Under the pieces are notes generated by a model. The model was not told the DNA's origin. It worked only from the letters and a program-made list of their open reading frames with translations, and made no database searches. From Trypanosoma brucei (taxonomy: Eukaryota), in contig CM000208.1 of NCBI GenBank assembly GCA_000002445.1, positions 256,001 to 320,000 of the forward strand: 64,000 bases of DNA. The letters run 5' to 3'. The position numbers were made by a program, and so were the translations under genes. This document shows, piece after piece, positions 8,601-16,848 of this stretch (position 1 is the stretch's first letter; the number at the start of each line of letters is the position of its first letter).

Positions 8601-10932
8601 CGGTGTACTGGCGCGCGCTTGGTTCCGCTACTACAAGGCTTATCACTACGAGCAGGAACTCAAATCGGCAACTAATCAGAAGCGAATCGTGGTGATGCAA
8701 ACAGCTACGAGAGCCCTCCTTTCTTCACGCCTTCGCAGACGGATGGAAATGGACTTACTTTACCAACTCCAACAACAAATCCTGAACAAGTCTGCAACCA
8801 AGATACAGTGCCAGTGGCGCAACCGCTTAGCGCGAATCAAGTTAGATCGATTACGTGCAGAAAAGGCGGTGTTGGAGCGTCGGGTAACGCGTGTTAAGCG
8901 GTGGTACCAGACACGTGTTCTGCGTCGAAGTTTCCTGCAAGTAAGAGAGAACAGGCGCCAAAACGACGCAGCCACCTGCATCGCGCAGTGGTACCGGATG
9001 TGTAAAGTGAGAGAGAAAGAAAGAGAAACTGCACGATACCATGCAATTAAGGCACGTGAGGCTCGTTTGGCGCGTCTTCAGGCAGACTCTGTTGTGCTGC
9101 TACAGGCCAGTTGGCGGGCCCATAACAGTTTCGTCTACGTCAGAAGTGTGCGGAGTTCATTCTTGCGCCTTACGCTCTGCGCGGAGTTCTTTCAGCGTAT
9201 TGCCAGGGGGTTTCAAGGACGAATGGAACTCTTCGCGTATAAGTGTTTTCTCATCCGTCAGGCACAGGAGCGCGTTGAGGCCCAGCGTCGAGCAAGGGCC
9301 GCTTGCGTTGTTCAGCGTGCCTGGAGGTGCGCATTTGCAAAGGATAGGGTGGTGCATATGCGAAGATGTCACGTCGCAGCAACCATGATCTCAAAACACT
9401 ATCGTGCTCGCTTATGTAGAATGGAGCTGCAACGGCTACGGGAGGCCAAGAGGTTCGAAGAGGAGACGGCAGCAGCCATGCGGATACAGAAGGCCGCACG
9501 CCACTTCTTACGCCGTCTGGATTTGCTTCGTCATGAGAATCGTAAAAGGAAGCGGAAGGAGAGGATGTTTATCCTCATGCGCCGCGACGAGGCCGCGACG
9601 ACGCTCCAGGCAATCTGGCGCGGACGAGTAACACGGCGAGTACTTGAAGAGGAAAGGAGAGAATTAGCGGCATTAGAGGTACATATCCGGAAGGTGCAGC
9701 GCGCGTGGCGAACGCATAAATTCCGCTGCGGAATAAATGCGACGGTATTGAAGCATACTGACCTCCGGAAGAGGCGCTCCACAGCGGCGCTCAAGATTCA
9801 ATGCTTCTGGAGGAAAATGGTTGCTGCAGAAAAGGTGGCCGTCCTCCGTCAGTTGCATAGGCGCCGTGTAAAGAATGCAAGAATTATCCAACGGTGGTGG
9901 CGGTGCATGCTGGCGAAAATGGAGTTGGAGGCGCGTAGGTTGAAACGACAAGAGGAAGTAGCGTATCAACTCTATTATATGGAAAGATGGGATGAGGCCG
10001 TTAGTCTCATTAACGCCTTCTTGCAGACAATGCTCTCGCAGCAGCATAGGCTGGTGGTGAAGAGGAAGAGACTACTTGAGCAACTGACGGATAAGGAACG
10101 GGAACGGTACCTCCGCAGACACGCGGCCATTATAAAAATTCAAAGGTTCTACCGCGGACACTACGAGCGTATGTATGCACGTGGGGTTAGGCGAAAGAAG
10201 ATGGAAGAGGAGCAACGCAAACGCGAACAGGAAGCCTTGGAACAGCGAAGCGCTTTGGCTATACAGTGCGCTTATAGGGTGTTTAGGGCGTGTTGTGAAG
10301 TCACAGCACGTCGTAGGGCAAAGAGAGAGAAACAGTTGGCCGAGGAGCTGGAACACTACACGACAATGGATCCACAGGATGTCGTGCGCAACCTGTTCTG
10401 GATGCACGAGTCACATATGAAACGCGACCACATCAGGGGGCGTCTCAATGTCAAGGCGCGAAGCGACAAGGCTGCGGTCGTGATTCAGAGGGTGGTTCGA
10501 CGCTGGCTTGCAGAACTCCGTATGGCTCGCAGAAGGGAGAAGAGCAAAGCACTGAGGGCTGTTGCGATCATTAAAAGCTACTGGAAGAAATACCTTGAGT
10601 GCAAGCGCGCTAATCTGTTAGAAATACAGAGGCGTGCGGCTACGATCATTCAGGCACAGTTTCGGGGCTACATTCACCGATGCGAGTGGGAAGAACGGCG
10701 ACAAGCATCTGAGAAAGAGAAAAGACAACAGGTATTGGGAGAGAATAAGTTCGACGCTACGGCCACCGTTTTGCAGTCCTTCTGGCGTCGCATCACGGCG
10801 CAACGCTTGGTGAACCGGATGCGAGAGGAGCGCATGGAAGAAAAGAACTTCCATGTTACCAATGAGGCGGCCCGTACCATTCAGCAGGTGTATCGGTGTT
10901 ATAGAGAACGCCGCATGAATCAAAATCAATGA
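5662..10932 (+). CDS. Large IQ-motif array protein (N-terminal TPR/helical region plus about 25 IQ calmodulin-binding-like motifs), ASPM-like architecture
   Basis: 1756-aa ORF. From about residue 800 to the C-terminus there are repeated [AIV]xxIQxx[WFY]R motifs, for example AAVAIQRIWRGSLAR, AIIIQNRVRQFLRR, ACRIQRGFRAFLRW and AALKIQCFWRKM. The alternative internal start MRFLIEMS is possible. Confidence 0.8.
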   Translation: MPRGGVRSDSHVAAEKPPRLPNADYFIDSINPDDPSSIVAAMRFLIEMSANLSDHGNQAESIKCAESVLLLRRAHENAVAPLIGPLVEEGLLPLCSVDHAADIVLRCNSNAVSAFNQRCFDMAELFLGKALFLTDSRTTEELNYFPSAEARRLRLRAATLNNLGCMEKRRGRLEESLRYLRQAVDMEVALDRTTGGSPSTYLNMCTVLNELQRHDEAVIAVENALSAMNEQMLRQQHKQQLPTCAMMLVVGLYNLGVSLELRNRSGDVERAKNVYQQALEASRKYFVDPACPTVEMAMMAIQRMHADPVFREERLEKEKKERGKTAKGPLPPISKAASADHFSSATEPPPQQQQAAQETATSVMSVIPSTPTRISSASKASILTPPLSSATRPQMPRNMLPDHESTNRKGPPERSVAPDMQREPQGGSEEESPGPQDPQWSSTPGGRPSFPRTQASACSPPSPQFTLYRPETRLEASVQEEQPPPVIEIEPESTQLSAPVPLQLLPQQRQSEEACLNPLEDAKAAPCSESSSAKSAAALVAKPGVPGLMKVNTQVTEWRSGVVRGQSPKSLSDELRAQTVPEVTKKAPSMGWSGSSLFSRLESMSVKSGPSSQDPFVCSTTAKQAASGPLGATKRSGIRPLVLSPIRSQSLKSGSTASAGVSDGQHRIALSSVFESKDARKLSKGSSSSRLDTMSLFGRRRFASITSLAPKDSSETASTSRPILSAQQAASVEKHLMRAQLGQKKAEELRGSLSAAGRSAALARAKEREQKRLAKEEAKNDVALAGVLYEKFVEGMRTDELRRCHRAAVAIQRIWRGSLARTLLTRMVIASKKIQKTFRIYLVKLQAIRLAEKVMEERRQSARLKKEMENAIIIQNRVRQFLRRLEIRRCYLARKMRHRNAACRIQRGFRAFLRWREEHLAALIEAQRAEEERIYEMEVRAARRIQVAYRCYLKRKMEFLFEQEQERRKHAAEVIQARMRGVLARAWFRYYKAYHYEQELKSATNQKRIVVMQTATRALLSSRLRRRMEMDLLYQLQQQILNKSATKIQCQWRNRLARIKLDRLRAEKAVLERRVTRVKRWYQTRVLRRSFLQVRENRRQNDAATCIAQWYRMCKVREKERETARYHAIKAREARLARLQADSVVLLQASWRAHNSFVYVRSVRSSFLRLTLCAEFFQRIARGFQGRMELFAYKCFLIRQAQERVEAQRRARAACVVQRAWRCAFAKDRVVHMRRCHVAATMISKHYRARLCRMELQRLREAKRFEEETAAAMRIQKAARHFLRRLDLLRHENRKRKRKERMFILMRRDEAATTLQAIWRGRVTRRVLEEERRELAALEVHIRKVQRAWRTHKFRCGINATVLKHTDLRKRRSTAALKIQCFWRKMVAAEKVAVLRQLHRRRVKNARIIQRWWRCMLAKMELEARRLKRQEEVAYQLYYMERWDEAVSLINAFLQTMLSQQHRLVVKRKRLLEQLTDKERERYLRRHAAIIKIQRFYRGHYERMYARGVRRKKMEEEQRKREQEALEQRSALAIQCAYRVFRACCEVTARRRAKREKQLAEELEHYTTMDPQDVVRNLFWMHESHMKRDHIRGRLNVKARSDKAAVVIQRVVRRWLAELRMARRREKSKALRAVAIIKSYWKKYLECKRANLLEIQRRAATIIQAQFRGYIHRCEWEERRQASEKEKRQQVLGENKFDATATVLQSFWRRITAQRLVNRMREERMEEKNFHVTNEAARTIQQVYRCYRERRMNQNQ

Positions 10933-11277
10933 TGTAAACACAGCAGTTAGTTATTATACTAGATGTTTTATTGCAAAATTCACCCTCCCTTCTCTCCCCA
11001 CGATCCGTACATACACTTTCGTCTTTACTTCTTTCCCCTCCATTTGATGTTGCTCCTCTATCTTTGTGAGAGCGGTGGGATGAGGTTGCTTACGTTGTAA
11101 TGCAGTTTTTCTCAACCCCATGTCTGTATGACAGCAGTGCAACGAAGATATGTAAGAGGTATTTTAGAGGACAGAAACACAAACAGCAGCAGCAACGGAG
11201 GGGCTCTAGTGACCACTTGGATGCCTTTCTTCTTTTTTTCTATGTGTGGTGGTCTACCCACCGAAGGGTAGAAGGGA

Positions 11278-13221
11278 ATGTGTATTCCCCTCTCCTCTCT
11301 CTTTTGCCATTGTCCTTATACACATTGTTGTCCCGTGTATTCTCCCCGCATTTCTTTCATCATACATGTAACATGCCATGTCGCGAGCAAGGGTTGGGGT
11401 ATGGCCGCCGTGGAGCCATACAGACGCTTTGTGTCGATAGAGCTTCCCTTTTGCCTTCCTGTAACGGTGGAAACCAACACCGACGGTACCCATTCCTCAT
11501 GTGCCACGGCCACGGCGGATCGCCACACGGTAGAGGCATTTGTTCCCCCGTCATTCCTTCGACCTTGTATCGACGACATCATACCGACGGCACGGGAGAA
11601 GGCGGAACGTCAGGAAGGAGGTAACGACACCGCGGGAAAGGGTGAACCGAAGGAAATGTTGGGTATTGCAACAACGACGGAATATTGCACGGGGGAAATA
11701 TTCTCAGGGTGGCGGTCGCTGGATTTTGACGCGGATCTGGAGAGTCGTTTGGAGGGAACTGCCGACGGAAACCGTAGCAAGCTGACGACTACGGCAAATG
11801 AAGAAGGGGAGGCAGAAAGAGAACGAATAAGGCGCGAGTCCTTTCCCTCCATTACCCCCCAGCTCTTGCTTCAGGGATTCTTTCGTAATGATCTCCTGGT
11901 GGAGGTGAAACGCACGCGACGGGTTAAACGATTGCGTAATGTGGAGACGGGACGTGTGGTAAAAGAAACTTACGTTGATGGTGGCACTGATCACAAGCAA
12001 ACGGGGGTAACTGTATTAGGTGTTGTGTCACGCGAAGTAGACATTGTTAAACCGGCGGATTTCTGTTTTTCCCCTTTCACGAGCGAAAATATTGAATCAT
12101 TTCCAGAACTGTGCAGTGGGAACATTTTTCCACCAGGTCACTTTATAGGCGAGAAGAGTCCGTTCGAGGTCGCTTTAGTGTATGATTCACACTCGGGGAA
12201 GAGGGACATGGACCGCCTGGATAACACTGCAACATCATTTAACTGCGATGAGGCACCACTGTGGGAGTTTGAGGGCGTTCCCACGCTGACGATGGCAGCA
12301 GGCGACCCAAACATTCCACCGCCACCGAGTCAAGCGCAGATGGATATCCTCCGCCGCCTGAACGAAGGTTTTGATGAGCAAGGCTGCATAGAGGTGCGAG
12401 CCGTGAAGGCGCTCTTGGAAGAGCGTCCGGTATGGGTGACGAAGGACCTCATAGACGCCATTTTCGAAACGGGTGTATGCCCTCGCACACACATAAATAA
12501 AAAGGCTGTGGCGTGCTTGACGTATATCATTAAAAATGGGCCGTTTAATAGGATGCGCATCCGTATGGGGTTCAACCCATATGCCAACCCCAGCTCAGCA
12601 TGCCTGCAAAGAATCGCTGTGAAGATCTGCCGTCGCTCTGAGTTAGGTACATGCCTGCGTGACATTAGTCGCGTTCCCTACATCAATGAGGTGCTGCAAG
12701 AAATACTTGACAGTAAATCCCACAAGCGAGGCTCAGAGGAGGATAGCGGTGCTTTCAAACGGCCAAGTTCGCTGCCATACCGCCCACGGGGAACACTTTT
12801 CGAGAGGCTCGCAAGGGCTATTGGGCTAGGACAACTTTATGTCGCCCTTCAGTTAATTGATGTGAGTGATGACGCCTTTCTACAAGAACTACTTTCAACC
12901 GTCTCCGCAGATGCAGAAATTCCCCTTGAAGACCGTACGTGGCGATGTGGTTGGATAGGTAGTGGGTGTTACCAGCGAGCTATCAATCACATAATTAGTA
13001 CCTTTACAACATTTATTCGAGAAGAGGTAGAACCAGTGCTGCAGAGGAGACGAAGCGGCCAAGAAAACGACCAAGTTGGGGAAAGTGCAGGTGAGCGGTC
13101 TCCGTATGCCTCCTCCACCTCCAGTGTGTCACCAGAGAGTTATGGTGATGATGATAATGAGGACTCACTCGAGAGTGTTAGTCCTGTAGACGATTTGTCC
13201 CAGCATCCAGATGACGGATGA
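11278..13221 (+). CDS. TFIIIC subunit tau95/GTF3C5-like protein (Pol III transcription factor). The true start is probably Met at 11401
   Basis: The segment ERPVWVTKDLIDAIF...YIIKNGPFNRMRIRMGFNPYANP resembles the conserved tau95 core, recalled from human GTF3C5 (ERPIW...GPWR..WIRFGYDPRKNP). The first 41 codons are Cys/His-rich and overlap the upstream polypyrimidine tract. MAAVEPYRRF at 11401 is the more plausible start. The C-terminus is an acidic Ser-rich tail. Confidence 0.55.
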   Translation: MCIPLSSLFCHCPYTHCCPVYSPRISFIIHVTCHVASKGWGMAAVEPYRRFVSIELPFCLPVTVETNTDGTHSSCATATADRHTVEAFVPPSFLRPCIDDIIPTAREKAERQEGGNDTAGKGEPKEMLGIATTTEYCTGEIFSGWRSLDFDADLESRLEGTADGNRSKLTTTANEEGEAERERIRRESFPSITPQLLLQGFFRNDLLVEVKRTRRVKRLRNVETGRVVKETYVDGGTDHKQTGVTVLGVVSREVDIVKPADFCFSPFTSENIESFPELCSGNIFPPGHFIGEKSPFEVALVYDSHSGKRDMDRLDNTATSFNCDEAPLWEFEGVPTLTMAAGDPNIPPPPSQAQMDILRRLNEGFDEQGCIEVRAVKALLEERPVWVTKDLIDAIFETGVCPRTHINKKAVACLTYIIKNGPFNRMRIRMGFNPYANPSSACLQRIAVKICRRSELGTCLRDISRVPYINEVLQEILDSKSHKRGSEEDSGAFKRPSSLPYRPRGTLFERLARAIGLGQLYVALQLIDVSDDAFLQELLSTVSADAEIPLEDRTWRCGWIGSGCYQRAINHIISTFTTFIREEVEPVLQRRRSGQENDQVGESAGERSPYASSTSSVSPESYGDDDNEDSLESVSPVDDLSQHPDDG

Positions 13222-13960
13222 CAATGTCAACTTATGGCATCCTCCACCTTGGTCCCCGGAGGAAAATAACTGTTTAGTTATTTTGTTTAGCTGCATTGTA
13301 CGATTGGCACGGTGTCGCCATTGGTTGGCAAAGTTGATCGGTATCGCCGCATCGTGCACTCAGCGTGCCTACCGTGTGCGGCTAAGGGGTTCTCCTCTGT
13401 GACGGTTGGGGTGGAGAGCGACCGACTTCATTACTGTTATCCATTTTGTCTGCGCAGGCTTCATTCGATGCACCCATGGAAACAGTACGGAGGGGTTAGC
13501 GAAGAGAGCAAACGCAAGATTACAGAATCTTGCCAACCCTCTCCCCAACTTGCCCTCGTGCCCACATGTGGCTGTCAGCAATAGTAGTTGGCACATTTAC
13601 CTGCATTGTTGGAGGGAAAGGAAGAGGAGGCTGTCGATATCCCGCCCTTCCCGTTTGTTTTCCCATATCTCTTGTGAACCGGCACATTGGGTCTCAAACT
13701 GGAATGTAATTTTTTCAGCTGTTCCGCAATGTTGCTGTTGTGACGATCAGTTTGCCTCACGTGCCGTCGCCCCTCATCTTCCCCCCTCCAGTTTCCGTTA
13801 ACATCCTGTTATTTTCGTGCGCGTGAGAGCACGCAAACATACCTGAAGCGAGTGCAATACAAAACGTCTACCAGCCGCTGTTTGTCTTCCCATTTCACAT
13901 TTCATACCTACTAAAACACGTATAATCACGTCTTCACTTTATGAAGTATAGAGTCGCAAC

Positions 13961-15124
13961 GTGCCAAGCATGGCAGCAGTGATGAAATTAGAAAAGTTCT
14001 TCGTTGCAACGCTTATCGTTGCCGTCACGAGGTGCTTCGCAGAGGAAGTGGACACCGTTGCTCCAGGTAAGGCACCACCACAGGACGTAGTAAATACCTT
14101 GTGTGGGGCGAAGCATTTATTAGAAGCAGTAAATAAAAAGGCGGGGACTCTTGCGAGCGAAGTAGAAAAGCATGTCACTGATGCGAAGGCTTCTCTAGAC
14201 GGAACTGTCAAAGCGTCAAAGAGCACGCAGACCTTGTACGAAAAACTGCAGAAGGATGTAATGGATGCGGGCCTTACCGCTGTTGTTGTAGAACGGATGA
14301 AGGGAATTGCCGACGCCGCTGTCGAGGTGGCGGCGAGTGCCGAGGAAGCTTATGAAAAAGTGATACGAACGAATGAAAGTGTTGGGACAGCCGCAGCGGA
14401 GATAGAAACGAGTTCGAACCACTCCGCGAACCTTATCGACAAAATACTAATGGCCACCGCGGGGGTGGAAGATAAGGAAACAGAAGAAGACTTTTGCAGT
14501 GGTGTTGAAAATAAATATGGTGATGGCCTCAAGAATGCGAGTCGGCCGCATTGTCGACTATTTGACAACTGTAAGTTGGACGATATTAATGGCAAGGCAT
14601 GGCAGCCCACGCACATGGAGCTGGTAATCACATACCATGGGATATGTTATCGTCTTGACGCGGTAGAACTGTCTATGGGAATTGCAAAGGACGCGGCTAC
14701 GAAGGCATCGCAGATGAAGACGCGTGCTGAAGAGGGAATGGCGTCAGCTTATCAAGAGTCGATTGTCGTGGCGAGGGAAATTGCCGGGGAGGCGGAGAGA
14801 AAAAGACTACTAGCAGAAAAGGAGCTGGCGGAAACAAGGGAGAAAGCGGCTGCAGATGCCAAAGCTCGGAAAGAAGCGGAGGAAGAAATGAGACGGAGGG
14901 CCGAAAGGGAAAGAGCGGAAAAAGAGGAAGCTGTCGCTAGGGCGGAGCGAATGGAAAAAAAGGGGAAAACAGTAGCCGAAGTTGTGGTGAAGGCTGAACA
15001 TGATCAAAAGGCAAAAGACGGTGCAAGTGACATCAGCAGCCGGAGAATCGGATCCCTATGGAGTCCATTGCGCGACGTTTGGTTAATACTTCCTGCCGCC
15101 TCGCTGTGTTTATGGACTCAATGA
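13961..15124 (+). CDS. Putative secreted or GPI-anchored surface-type protein, with signal peptide, alpha-helical KE-rich region and hydrophobic C-terminus
   Basis: The N-terminus MPSMAAVMKLEKFFVATLIVAVTRCFA has an h-region and a cleavage-like site. Cysteines are spaced through the N-terminal half. A K/E/R-rich helical block lies at about residues 270-340. The C-terminal GSLWSPLRDVWLILPAASLCLWTQ is hydrophobic, like a GPI addition signal. Confidence 0.55.
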   Translation: MPSMAAVMKLEKFFVATLIVAVTRCFAEEVDTVAPGKAPPQDVVNTLCGAKHLLEAVNKKAGTLASEVEKHVTDAKASLDGTVKASKSTQTLYEKLQKDVMDAGLTAVVVERMKGIADAAVEVAASAEEAYEKVIRTNESVGTAAAEIETSSNHSANLIDKILMATAGVEDKETEEDFCSGVENKYGDGLKNASRPHCRLFDNCKLDDINGKAWQPTHMELVITYHGICYRLDAVELSMGIAKDAATKASQMKTRAEEGMASAYQESIVVAREIAGEAERKRLLAEKELAETREKAAADAKARKEAEEEMRRRAERERAEKEEAVARAERMEKKGKTVAEVVVKAEHDQKAKDGASDISSRRIGSLWSPLRDVWLILPAASLCLWTQ

Positions 15125-16365
15125 AAGAAACTTATAGGACTGTTGAAATTCACACGAACACGTCATATGATACGAACTCTACAGTCAAGCGATTTGAATT
15201 GTGCCGCACCTCTCCCGGTGCGTGCCCTCAATATTTCTATTCGTATTCACCTAGCCTTCGTTAAGGGTGAATACGGTAACGTATAATTTTTGCTTTATAA
15301 AGGGAAAATGAAGGGAACTTATTAGTGTGAATAAAGCGGGTGACGGAGGGCTCCCTCAGTGTTTATCCGATTACGATGTGAATGTTATTTGTCTTCCTCA
15401 AGTGAAGTTTGGTGTCGTGATGCAGTTGGAACATGCCATTGGTTGCGCGACATGATGTTTTGCTGCTGTTTCTTTTAAAAGGAAAAAAAACAAAGTATTG
15501 ACAACAACAATAATAATAATAATAGAGTGAATAGATACGCGATGGAAAGGAGGATGGGGGCGGTTGCTGTCATCCCACGCCTAAACACTATGCGCTGTTC
15601 GTCACCTGCATGGTTAACAACCCCGTGACTTATCTCATAACATCCCATTCCGACACAGCATTCGTTCCCGTAAGCGAAGTTTTTTTTCCCCCTTCAATGT
15701 GCTTTTGCGAGGCGATTATCCTTAAGGAAGATCCACGTATGTGTTTATGTATTTTCGTATTCATGAATTTGTGTACTTATATATTCGCACAAGTAAAATG
15801 AAGGAACAACTGTTTTTGTCTCATATTGTTTTCTTTTTTGTTTTGTTTTCAATGGGAGGACGGTTCTCTTCATTGGGGGAAACCCCGTTTGAAATTTTAA
15901 CGGGGAAGCGGTTTAGGGCCAATAAAACCGTCTAATGTTGATGAACTTTCCACACATCAAGAAATTTCGTACCACAATCAGCACCTACCTCTGTTTCTTG
16001 CGTTGCGGTTTGTAAAGTTGCTGGTGACGCAGTAAAGTGGAAATAAATAAATAAACATAAATAAAATTCTGCAGCGCGGAGGGGGAACATATGATTTATT
16101 ATGAAAATGTGTGTTCTCGAATATGAATCTCCCTTTTTATCCTTGTGTGTTTTTGCTATTTTTTCTTTTATTAAGTACCCAACACAGTTGATAGGCTGTT
16201 CGTACCGCTGCGTCCGAAGTAAAAAATTTTTTATTTTTTATTTTTCCTTTGAACAGTAATAACGATAGCAGCAGCTATAGCACCGACCATCACCACTAAT
16301 AATAATATTATTGTTGTTGTTATTGTTGCCGCCCCTTCAAATATTATCGGCATTACGTGTGAATA

Positions 16366-16848
16366 ATGAAAGCCCGTTCCTCCCGCCCAGTGACAACAAT
16401 AACGGTGACATCAGAAGAAACCATTCAAACGCACAATGCACGTGATACCCCACGGACATTTGAGTACAAAACCAAAAGGAATGAACTCATGCGAAGGTTG
16501 GAGGAAATGCGAAATGCGTTGGAAGAAGATAATAATAATAATAATAAAGGATCACGTGTGAAACTTTGTTATTATGATATTACATTTAATTGCAGGGATC
16601 CCGTCGATGTTACTGTTATGAGTGGCTTTCAGAGATTTGAGGGACTCGGGGACACATTAAGCGGACACATGAAATGCGAAGAAGATGACAGGCACAAATT
16701 TGTGGGGTTAATTAAAGAAATTATTCAATTGGATGTGAGTCACCGCGCGAGGAATATGGACAAAAGTGAAATTGCGGTAGTGAGGATTGCAGCAAACTTC
16801 AAGGAACTTAACAGCACCTTCACGAGAAGCGCGGCAACACTCCTTTGA
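16366..16848 (+). CDS. Hypothetical 160-aa protein, last ORF of the plus-strand array
   Basis: ORF with varied, coding-like composition. It contains an in-frame (AAT)n microsatellite encoding NNNNN. A long AT-rich spacer lies upstream. Confidence 0.4.
   Translation: MKARSSRPVTTITVTSEETIQTHNARDTPRTFEYKTKRNELMRRLEEMRNALEEDNNNNNKGSRVKLCYYDITFNCRDPVDVTVMSGFQRFEGLGDTLSGHMKCEEDDRHKFVGLIKEIIQLDVSHRARNMDKSEIAVVRIAANFKELNSTFTRSAATLL

Noticed and set aside
11278-11400. A Cys/His-rich N-terminal extension of the tau95-like ORF (MCIPLSSLFCHCPYTHCCPVY...) as a zinc-binding module
   Set aside because: The segment coincides with the pyrimidine-rich region expected to hold the trans-splice signal. The conserved protein begins cleanly at the Met at 11401, so the extension is most likely untranslated.
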